From Coraliomargaritaceae bacterium (GTDB taxonomy: Bacteria; Verrucomicrobiota; Verrucomicrobiia; Opitutales; Coraliomargaritaceae), in NCBI GenBank assembly GCA_965659965.1, contig CBFHXZ010000001.1, forward strand, positions 9,049 through 73,048: a stretch of DNA of 64,000 nt. The letters run 5' to 3'. Shown here one piece after another: positions 51,401 to 58,757 of this stretch. Position 1 is the stretch's first letter, and every line of letters begins with the position of its first letter. Under the pieces are notes generated by a model that saw only the letters and a list, made by a program, of their open reading frames with translations, was not told the DNA's origin and searched no databases. Both the position numbers and the translations under genes were made by a program.

Positions 51401-53189
51401 GTCCGCGCGACAACCCGAAGAGTGTACCCGATACCGGGCGACCTACGTCCATTCCGCCTCCGCCCCAGGTATGAGGGTGCGCCAGCCGTACCTCATCGTG
51501 ATTTTCAGTGTAACGCAGGGCGCGGTCAAAAAACATCGCCCCCTTCTCCGCGTTCACGCGGTCCAGATCATTCGCCCATGCACCGGCCTCCACTAATTCC
51601 ATAAGCACGTCGTAACTCGCGTCATCATAGACCGCATTGAAACCCGCATCGAGTAGCGCCACCATTACCCCGTCCGATTCACGCAGCGTTGGCTCATGAC
51701 TCGGCACTTTCGCAGGGTCGTCCTCGTAGGCCTCTGCCACAAAGAAGACTTCCGCCTGCCGCCCGCGGGCCCGATGAATCAACCATTTCCAAAACTCCGG
51801 CGGAACCATGTGCGCCATATCCACCCGAAAACCATCCACTCCCAATTCCTGCCAATACGCTATGATGGCATCCATCTTTTTCCAGGTGTCGGGAATGCGT
51901 TGTCGCGGACTCAACGCGCTGGGGTATTCCGGCGGCGCCCCCCGATCCCGAAAATTGAAGCCGTAGTTCAACTTCACGGTTTCATACCAATCGCCAGTCG
52001 AAGGTTGCCAACTGACCACGTTATTGCCGGTGACCTTGCCATGCCTGCGCTCAGGCTTAAAATAGCCATCCGCTCTCCCGACCACCCGCGCGGTCTCGTT
52101 AACGACCTTTCCCGTTTGCGGGTCGATGGTCGGAAGTCGCAAGGGGCCGCCCCCCTCAACCACCTCAGGAGTCAGGTAAAAGAAATTATTATCCGGTAAA
52201 AAGAATTTACTCCGGCGATCCTTGTTACCAAAGACCAGCTCCGGTCGAATGTCAGAAGCGTAGCTGCGCGCGACGTGATTGGGCACAAAATCAATGACCA
52301 ATTTCAACCCGGCGGCACGGATACGAGCCGCCAGGGCTTTGAACTCCTCGAGCCGCGCCGCGGGGTCCTCCGCAAGATCGGGGCTCACATCAAAGTAATC
52401 ACGGATAGCGTAGGGACTGCCCGCAATCCCCTTGAGGAGGTCGGGGTCATCCGCGGGTTGCCCGGCGGCGGCGTAATCCGTTGAGGTGGCGTGCTGCAGG
52501 ATTCCGGTGAGCCAGAGGTGGGTGTAGTGATCCGCCCGCAATTTTTCGAGCACCGCCTCACTGAGGTCGCTGAATTTTCCTGAACCGTTCTCGGCGAGGG
52601 TGCCGTTGACTTTACGCCGCTCGTTTTCATTGCCAAAGAGGCGCGGGAGGAGCTGATAGATGCGTGGTTTCTCACCCCAAGCGCCCAAAGCGCCCTGCAC
52701 CTTGAGTGCTCCCGAACCGGAAGGTTGGTAATAACGCGGCAGGTAAACATCGCCCCCCGCACTGCGGGCGATATCCCGCTTTTTAGGCGCCAGCATTCCG
52801 GATTCCGCAAGCCCAAACCATTGCACCGCCTGAACGGCATCCCAGCCAGCAGCACCCCTGAAGCGAAGCGTGAGCTGCCCCCCCTTGTGCTTCAGATCTA
52901 CTCCGGGGTCGCTCGAGGTGTTCCATTTGAAATCGCGGTAAACCTTAAAAACCGGCGCGCTACCACCACGAGATTCAATGATGAGGTCCGCTTGAAAGGG
53001 AAGAAACACCCGGCGCCCACCATCAACCGCCACCACCGTTGAACCAAACCGCGCACTTGCATCTAAAGCAATCCAAAGACTTTCACCCGGCGCAGGCGCC
53101 ACGATGGGCAATTCCAAGGTAAGGGTCTTTGCTTCCAGGCAAAATGACCCAAGTAATAAGGATAAGCAAAAACGGATTTTTAACAGCAT
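48447..53189 (-). CDS. secreted multi-domain alpha-glucan enzyme: two GH13 catalytic modules separated by a CBM48/AMPK-beta-like glycogen-binding module
   Basis: Signal peptide. GH13 module 1: VIDFVPNHVA, GVDGFRVDMAHMV, FFVAEAYE, YTENHDEVRL. CBM48-like: VALVGDFNGWN..YKYVVDGNWMPDPGN. GH13 module 2: ILADLVLKHVH, GLDGYRLDAVKHI, YFVGETFQ, FGNHDKPRF. Confidence 0.85.
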   Translation of the reverse strand: MLLKIRFCLSLLLGSFCLEAKTLTLELPIVAPAPGESLWIALDASARFGSTVVAVDGGRRVFLPFQADLIIESRGGSAPVFKVYRDFKWNTSSDPGVDLKHKGGQLTLRFRGAAGWDAVQAVQWFGLAESGMLAPKKRDIARSAGGDVYLPRYYQPSGSGALKVQGALGAWGEKPRIYQLLPRLFGNENERRKVNGTLAENGSGKFSDLSEAVLEKLRADHYTHLWLTGILQHATSTDYAAAGQPADDPDLLKGIAGSPYAIRDYFDVSPDLAEDPAARLEEFKALAARIRAAGLKLVIDFVPNHVARSYASDIRPELVFGNKDRRSKFFLPDNNFFYLTPEVVEGGGPLRLPTIDPQTGKVVNETARVVGRADGYFKPERRHGKVTGNNVVSWQPSTGDWYETVKLNYGFNFRDRGAPPEYPSALSPRQRIPDTWKKMDAIIAYWQELGVDGFRVDMAHMVPPEFWKWLIHRARGRQAEVFFVAEAYEDDPAKVPSHEPTLRESDGVMVALLDAGFNAVYDDASYDVLMELVEAGAWANDLDRVNAEKGAMFFDRALRYTENHDEVRLAHPHTWGGGGMDVGRPVSGTLFGLSRGPVMVYHGQKVGEPALGREGFGGDDERTSIFDYWSLSELNKWWNEGAADGAGLSSEQRDLRAWYVGLLGLLGERAFTTGNTILLNEANQDNPFYGKIEDVGPSGHWLHAYLRSDPTADSHYLVASNFHPKADMRHVRIRLPEAALSSLGINEGGSGWIVMEERLRGNDGESVAWPADYVGREGLYLESIGSHSSAYLKLSLVEAQPAGIRVGAMLPAGQAYLGASPLIRLEAGASHSIDLRRYGNPGEYHRFAVGKVDGINAELDSLNHRLNLRVDSNALGLRVLPLRLVPTRAGEPVIESSIPVAIDVVARLTFELKGYHEANSVALVGDFNGWNAAADLLQRTKEGWQLDKAIKEPSIRYKYVVDGNWMPDPGNPSQEADGHGGFNSLMQASGATGEKEQLTLYVEQLDRAAIKLRANQEIQSAYAEGLLEKGGCVSLPVELDKHALRVAYKGLVPTGTLVRVITVGADGRVGWPAIAFAGKPPKDNWRDDIIYYAFTDRFKDGNPANTARVEDPEVDPVANYHGGDFEGVLQALEAGYFESLGVNVIWLAPLNQNPAGAWQEYLPPFRSYTGYHGYWPIRRYAVEPRFGGEAALRALVDAAHEREVKILADLVLKHVHIENPIRTERPELFGELELSDGTRNLRRWDDNPFTTWFEPFLPAFDFRNPETVDFLLEDAAYWISSFGLDGYRLDAVKHIRPDFWWRFRTHMRDSFPGARHYFVGETFQSREGISAFVGPNMLDGQFDFPLYDTLMECFALDTAGFVKLEAALRESEAAYGRSTRMSPLFGNHDKPRFMAYADGDLPDSDEADEEEVGWSKTLRVDDPAAFRKLKLAMTFLMSIDGVPMLYYGDEIGMTGAGDPDNRRRMRFDGEVTIAELSVRDHFSKLAQARRSNPALYMGSRRTLVANDTAYAYLRAHGSNRALVAFNRSDRDAVMELDLGPEIQSGELQDVLGSNRLKVREGKVRLKLEPQSSALLILQNP

Positions 53190-53265
53190 TTTAAAGAAAC
53201 AAAACTATTGGAAACCCCAAGAATAACAAGGATTCACCGACCTGAACGAGCCGCCTCCCTATTTG

Positions 53266-53277
53266 ACAGTTGAACAA
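53266..53277 (-). promoter_or_regulatory. TTRTTCAACKRT motif (TTGTTCAACTGT), candidate operator upstream of the glucan operon
   Basis: 77 nt upstream of the start at 53189, in the divergent intergenic region. AACCCTAAA lies 1 nt away. Confidence 0.4.
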
Positions 53278-53323
53278 GTTTAGGGTTTTCCTCAAGTACC
53301 CCGCATTTTATCTTTACCCCTTA

Positions 53324-54451
53324 ATGATTGCATCCACATCCGCCCGCAAAACGCCCCTGCAACGACTCCTCAAGCGGCCCTTGTGGCTCATTTTGTGCAT
53401 CAGCCTGCTCCTGCACCTCATGGTCGGCCTTTTCTTCGGCAGCTGGAAGATTTTTTCCATTCTCACCAAAGACGAAGCCGTCTTTGAAGTCGCCACCCCT
53501 CCGCAATCCATCCAGCCCAAACAGCGCGACTATAAAATTAAAACCATGCGTGCCCAGCGTTCCACCGCGATGGCGACCCAAATCCCCATTACCGTGGATA
53601 TGCCCAACTCCATCGACCTCCCCTCCATTCAAATTCCCAAAACGCAAAGCGCCCAGAGCGCGATCAAGGCGCGGGGCGACGCCGGTAGTTTTGGTGCCGG
53701 CGACGGCGGGGGCGGCTTTACCACCCTCTTCGGAAACACCGCGCCGCTCGCCGGCGCGCTCGAGGGTACCTTTATCGACCTCAAACAGGACCGCTATCGC
53801 GAGGGCGCCTCTGGAGAGGACTGGATGGATGTCGGCAAAGGATTCCTTCGCAGTTACCGCCTCCGCGAATTCCGCAAATGCTTCAACGCCCCGCAAAAAC
53901 TCTTCGCCACCCATTTTTATATCCCCCTGATGGCGGCAGATGGCGTGCCCCGCGCCTATGGCGTCGAGAATTTGGTGGAAGCCAGCAACTGTGTGGCGCT
54001 TTATCAGGGGAAGTTCAGATCCCTCTCGGGCGGAAGGTATCGCTTTGTAGGAACCGCCGATGATATCCTCATTGTGGGCGTGGATGGAAAAACCGTGCTT
54101 TCGGCAGGCTTCACTGAAGCCAACCCCGGCAAGTGGGAACCCAAAGATGAACCGGTTCATTCCGGCCCGCCGGTCTCGGAATATTTACCCAAGCTCACCG
54201 TCGGTGACTGGTTTGACCTGCCAGCGGGAGCGCCGGTCGACCTCTCCGTTCTCATCGGCGAAATACCCGGCGGGGAATTCGGTTGCTACCTCTTTATTGA
54301 AAAAAGCGGCGAAACATACGAGACCACCGCCGAGGGACGCCCCATCCTACCCGTCTTCAAACTCAAGGAATTTTCCCGCTCCGAACGCCAGACCCTCGAA
54401 CAGGACGGCTACCCCAAACGCCTCGACGGCGAAGTCTTCGGCTACTACTAG
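53324..54451 (+). CDS. membrane-anchored hypothetical protein with a PA14-like C-terminal region
   Basis: One TM helix (LWLILCISLLLHLMVGLFFG). ALYQGKFRSLSGGRYRFVGTADDILIVGVDGKTVL resembles the PA14 beta-sandwich core. Start set to the ATG at 53324; the ORF-track TTG at 53270 lies inside the regulatory motif. Confidence 0.45.
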   Translation: MIASTSARKTPLQRLLKRPLWLILCISLLLHLMVGLFFGSWKIFSILTKDEAVFEVATPPQSIQPKQRDYKIKTMRAQRSTAMATQIPITVDMPNSIDLPSIQIPKTQSAQSAIKARGDAGSFGAGDGGGGFTTLFGNTAPLAGALEGTFIDLKQDRYREGASGEDWMDVGKGFLRSYRLREFRKCFNAPQKLFATHFYIPLMAADGVPRAYGVENLVEASNCVALYQGKFRSLSGGRYRFVGTADDILIVGVDGKTVLSAGFTEANPGKWEPKDEPVHSGPPVSEYLPKLTVGDWFDLPAGAPVDLSVLIGEIPGGEFGCYLFIEKSGETYETTAEGRPILPVFKLKEFSRSERQTLEQDGYPKRLDGEVFGYY

Positions 54452-54683
54452 ACCCTCCCTCCAGCAGCCGACCCCATGGCTTAAAATCCGCTCAATTAGA
54501 ATTGAGCCGCCTCAGTTCCTGGCATCAATAAAACCCTCCAACCGCAGGCTGCCACCCGCAGTTTGCCCACATTCTGCCTTTTAATTTTTTAAATTTAACA
54601 TAATTTAATAAATTTATTAGGTTATTTAACGACTTAATAAAATTTAATTTGCAACATTCCCACAGCTGCATTGGTGTAACTCC

Positions 54684-55919
54684 ATGTCGCTACACAAGCA
54701 TAAGTTTTTATTTTTAATTCTTTTTACGACGCTTGTTCTCCTATTTCTAGTGCTGCGACATTCAGGTACTCGCGGCGACCCGCAACCCCTGAGCCCGCCA
54801 ATAAGCCAAGCGGCCACAGAGACCCCAAAACCGGAAAGACCACCCGTTCACCAGGGTGAACACGACACCCTCCTTCCCAAAGAAAAACAAGCCCCGCCCG
54901 CGGCCAAAATCCCAAACCCCGACCCAGCTGCGGATTCCCCTACACCGTTGCTCGCCCGCGAAGGTGGCACACTGGGCACCCAAATCCCACCCCTCCCCCG
55001 CGGACACGCCACCATCAATCTGGAAGCGGGCACCCGTTCCCCACGTAATTTTGAAGGACACTACCAGCGCGTACACATGCCCCGCGAGGCCCCCGCCGAG
55101 ATCACCCTTCATTGGCCCGGCGCCGGATCCCGACAAATCGTAGTCCACCCCATCCACGGCGGCACCGTCAACGGCAAGCCCGGCGCACAAATTCTCCAAA
55201 CCGACCCGCGTGGGCATTTAAATTTCCGCTTTGAAAGCGCCGGCAACACCGGGCGCTACGAAATACTCCTCCGCTCAGGCCCAAGCGAGGAAGTCCTCCA
55301 TTTCGGGTCCCCACCGGACACCCGGAAGTCGATTTACACGGCATCTGAAACCGGCTCTGCACCAACAACCCCACCATCCATGAAAGACCTGTCCCGCTTC
55401 ACACTCGCCTTCCTCCTCATCGCATTGGCAAATCCCGCCCGGGCGGAATCCTGCGGTAATAATTCCAACCCCAGCACCCCGCCCAATCCCTGCGGCAATT
55501 CCGGCGGCGCCAACCTCTTCAACCCCTTCACCGGCAATGTCTCCCGTGAAATCACCGACCTCGAACTGCACGCTTCCATCGGTGAACGACCCCTCCGCTT
55601 CACCCGCCTCAGCACCAGCCGTTACCTCGGTGGACTCCCCACCCCCCTCGGCCCCTCGGGGAACTGGCGCCACAACTACCTCTGGAAAATCCGCTTCCTC
55701 GGGTCCGATGCCGCCGGGGAACCCCGCATCGCCGTTGATTACCCCGACGGCTCCGGCTGGGAATTCCAGTTCGCCGAACCCGGCCCGCGCTTCATGACTG
55801 CCACCGCCCGCACCCATGACCGCCATTCGTGTCCATTCGTCGTTCCTTCAATGTTCAACCTTCAGTGTTCGATGTTCAACGTTCAGTGCCCCCATCCGTG
55901 CCATCTGTGTTATTCGTAG
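54684..55919 (+). pseudogene. hypothetical membrane-anchored ORF fused in frame to a truncated RHS/YD-type N-terminal fragment
   Basis: A second signal peptide, MKDLSRFTLAFLLIALANPARA, starts at the ATG at 55380. It is followed by NPFTGNVSREITDLEL..GERPLRFTRL..LGPSGNWRHNY, the pattern that opens RHS-family proteins. No YD repeats follow. The last ~30 codons are a translation of the intergenic repeat (55823 onward). Confidence 0.4.
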
Positions 55920-56082
55920 TTTTCCTATCAGCGTATATCAGCGGTTTCCGGCTATGCCGGACTCGGGTTCCGGGCCAGCTTAGCCGGCAACCACTAATTC
56001 CCGCTGATCCACGCTTATCTATAACCTCTCCGCTCGGTGTCCTCGGTGTCTTGGTGGTGAATAAGCGACAGGAGTGTCGCTT
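55823..56082. repeat. mosaic intergenic repeat (copy B of the dispersed family)
   Basis: Contains all modules shared with 18346..18600 and the GTTCGATGTTCA module shared with 78..98. Ends with the hairpin AAGCGACAggagTGTCGCTT (56063..56082). Confidence 0.7.
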
Positions 56083-56160
56083 CCACGGGCAGGTCATTCC
56101 CCATGCCTGCCATTCGCGGTTCCTTCAGCGATCAAGGCGCAACCTTCGCTGTTGGTTCGG

Positions 56161-56979
56161 CTATCGTGAGGAGCCCGCGGTAATCTTACGACGGCGGCGA
56201 ATGCTAACGACAAGCAAGGTTACTGCGGCAAGCGCCAAGACACTGTGTGCAGGCTCGGGTACGTTAGTCACGCTCAGGGAATTGAAGTAGAGATTATTCT
56301 GATCTCCATTGTCAGTTCCGCTGATGTAGAATTTCACATTGTCGATTGCGGCGGTGATTCCACTTACGGTACCTGTAAAGAGTACCCCCTGTGAGCCCTG
56401 ACTGGATGTTCGGCTGATCTCATAACTGAGACTGGTCGCGTTGATAACCTGTATAACAACATCGATCATGGCGTCATCGCCGCCGTAATCATAAGTCACT
56501 GCAGTGGTGGCATTGTTTGTGAAGTCGGTATTAATTTCAGTGGTATTACCCACATTAAAGCCAACCACCTCGTCGGTGCCGCTGCGCAAGACAAGGCCTT
56601 TATTGCCGTTGTTGTTATTTAAAGCCAGTTTAGCGGTGAAACGATCGTTAGCCACCAAGCTGCTTGAAAAACTGCGGGTGGCGTTCATGTATGCCGTGCT
56701 CGGGTTGGCATAGAGGCCAAAAGACTGATTGGCGCCCGTATTAATATCGCCCGCGCCCGCGGTGGAATCACCGATGAAGGAACCCGCGTAAATGGTGGTG
56801 TCATCATTATTGTTATCACTTAGATCCCAGGCGCCAAAACCGGTGCCGAAATTACTGCCGTTGCTCCATGACGAACCGTAAGCGGAGGCGTCATCACTAG
56901 CCTCAAGTGCATAGGATTGTGCTGTTAATAAGAGCGAAAGGAGTACAAATGCAGCAAAACTTTTTATCTTATTTTTCAT
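56161..56979 (-). CDS. PEP-CTERM-anchored surface protein, GFGxW family
   Basis: Signal peptide. The C-terminus VPEPAHSVLALAAVTLLVVSIRRRRK is a PEP-CTERM sorting signal. The N-terminal body is paralogous to 41673..42515. Confidence 0.75.
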   Translation of the reverse strand: MKNKIKSFAAFVLLSLLLTAQSYALEASDDASAYGSSWSNGSNFGTGFGAWDLSDNNNDDTTIYAGSFIGDSTAGAGDINTGANQSFGLYANPSTAYMNATRSFSSSLVANDRFTAKLALNNNNGNKGLVLRSGTDEVVGFNVGNTTEINTDFTNNATTAVTYDYGGDDAMIDVVIQVINATSLSYEISRTSSQGSQGVLFTGTVSGITAAIDNVKFYISGTDNGDQNNLYFNSLSVTNVPEPAHSVLALAAVTLLVVSIRRRRKITAGSSR

Positions 56980-57044
56980 TTCTGAGGTAAATTTATCGAA
57001 AGTTTGTCACCACCGACGAACAGACTAAAACATAAAACCATTCA

Positions 57045-57056
57045 ATAGTTGAATAA
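57045..57056 (-). promoter_or_regulatory. TTRTTCAACKRT motif (TTATTCAACTAT)
   Basis: 66 nt upstream of the PEP-CTERM gene start at 56979. Embedded in the inverted repeat ATTCAAtagTTGAAT. Confidence 0.35.
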
Positions 57057-57115
57057 ATGAACCCACCTGCAGGGCTGCAGGCTTTTACCAGCTTTGGCTT
57101 TGCGGCTCTGATTTT

Positions 57116-57811
57116 TTATTCTCCAGAGAAGATAATGCCCGCCGCATCTGCGGTCTCGCGGAAATCGCGGTCCATTACGCCCGTTGTGCCATCAATTTTG
57201 CCTTTTATAGCGTTATTCGCCTCCGCGCCGTTCGGCCCGGTGGAATAGAGGTGGTAGCCGTAAACCTCCCAGGCGCCCGAACTATTTTCCCATTTATACC
57301 AATAGATGTATGGGTTTCCCCAGGGGTCGAGCAGTTGATTGGGCTCGTTGGCATCACCATTCACCTGGAATTTACTGGTCTCGATAAATTGTGGATTGGC
57401 GATGACCTGAGCATCGTCCAACTCATCCGCAACTTTTCTGACTTCAACCTTGCTACGATCCGGACCATCCGGAACCCGTTCCATTGTCATACGCCCGGTC
57501 AAAGCATAGAGGAGCATGGTGTTGGTCATTTCACCGCCGTCGGGCGTGGGGTAATCACCGTCATCGGAATCGTGCCTCGGGTAATCACCGTAACGCGACT
57601 TGTATTGCTCCAGCGCCTGAGCCAGGACCGAAAGCTCTGCCTTCGCAAGGGCACGGGATTGTGCGCTTTTGACTCCCCGCGCGACCCCAAAGGTAATACT
57701 GACCAAAATCCCGACCACCGAGATAACGACGAGGAGTTCGATCAGGGTGAAGCCTTTGCGGCGACGAGCTTGGGGGTTTAGCGGGTGGTAGCTTTTTGGG
57801 GTGGCTTGCAT
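57116..57811 (-). CDS. type II secretion/type IV pilus-like pseudopilin (prepilin-type N-terminal methylation domain, GspG-like)
   Basis: RRRKGFTLIELLVVISVVGILVSI is a prepilin cleavage/methylation motif. LLDPWGNPYIYWY resembles GspG. No other T2SS genes lie nearby. Confidence 0.8.
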   Translation of the reverse strand: MQATPKSYHPLNPQARRRKGFTLIELLVVISVVGILVSITFGVARGVKSAQSRALAKAELSVLAQALEQYKSRYGDYPRHDSDDGDYPTPDGGEMTNTMLLYALTGRMTMERVPDGPDRSKVEVRKVADELDDAQVIANPQFIETSKFQVNGDANEPNQLLDPWGNPYIYWYKWENSSGAWEVYGYHLYSTGPNGAEANNAIKGKIDGTTGVMDRDFRETADAAGIIFSGE

Positions 57812-57967
57812 TGGTATGGTTAATTTTGGCGATTTACGTGGATTGGCCCGATGCTGTCAATCCATGAGCCATACCGAGATGGGTCTGTCCCCACTAAATC
57901 CCCAAATATCGCTTCGAGAATAGTGCTTTCTTGGGTTAGAGCTGCCCTAAAGCATTTGTATTCAAGG

Positions 57968-57979
57968 TTATTCAACTGT
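57968..57979 (+). promoter_or_regulatory. TTRTTCAACKRT motif (TTATTCAACTGT)
   Basis: 74 nt upstream of the PEP-CTERM gene start at 58053. AACCCTAAA follows after 2 nt. Confidence 0.4.
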
Positions 57980-58052
57980 TTAACCCTAAAAGTTTTTTCA
58001 TTTCATCAAAATTAGCCAATTGTTGAAGTATTAATCGATTTATATTTTTATC

Positions 58053-58658
58053 ATGAAAACAAAGCTCATAACTTCTTTGGCCTTACTTGTCCTTGGCAGC
58101 GCACTCTCTGCGCAATCAATCTTCAACGGATATGCCTACGTTTCTGACACAACCGCGGGTGCCGATACCATTTGGTACAATCTTAGCGGGACCGGACAAA
58201 GCTCCAGCTTTCAAGGCGCAGATCTCGGAGATTTTAACACCAACCTCTGGTTAGGCGGACAATCCGGTTTCTTTAGTGACTTCGCTGGCACACAGTCCGT
58301 TATCCTGAACTATAACATTACTGGTGATGCGACTGCAACCGGAACAGTTGCCTACTCCTTCCAGTATTTTGAAGGACCTGCTGGGACCAACAACGATCAA
58401 TATGGCACGGATATCAACGGAGCCAACACCTCAGACGGATCAGTCGATCTCATTGCGGCGCACTCGCTTGCAGCGGGTGATTACAACATCGCGGTATGGG
58501 TAGTCGGCACTGCTAACGATAGCGATACTGCTTTTGACAGCAACAATAGTAACAACTACAATGCCTCTTTCACGGTGGTTCCTGAAGCTTCTACTTATGC
58601 ACTCTTTGCCGGTCTGGGCGCACTAGCCTTCGCGCTGATCAGACGTTTGAAGCAATAA
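58053..58658 (+). CDS. PEP-CTERM-anchored surface protein (second family)
   Basis: Signal peptide. The C-terminus VVPEASTYALFAGLGALAFALIRRLKQ is a PEP-CTERM variant followed by a TM helix and a basic tail. Confidence 0.75.
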   Translation: MKTKLITSLALLVLGSALSAQSIFNGYAYVSDTTAGADTIWYNLSGTGQSSSFQGADLGDFNTNLWLGGQSGFFSDFAGTQSVILNYNITGDATATGTVAYSFQYFEGPAGTNNDQYGTDINGANTSDGSVDLIAAHSLAAGDYNIAVWVVGTANDSDTAFDSNNSNNYNASFTVVPEASTYALFAGLGALAFALIRRLKQ

Positions 58659-58698
58659 AATTTTTCACTGGCCATGGCTCGATACGAGCCACCCCGAA

Positions 58699-58747
58699 GA
58701 CCCGCTGTCATTTGAGCCTCATCGCTCAAAAGCGCGGGTCTTTTATT
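58699..58747 (+). terminator. Rho-independent terminator after the PEP-CTERM gene
   Basis: GACCCGC (58699..58705) pairs with GCGGGTC (58734..58740) and encloses an inner hairpin TTTGAGC/GCTCAAA. Followed by TTTTATTT. Confidence 0.6.
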
Positions 58748-58757
58748 TATAGGATCC

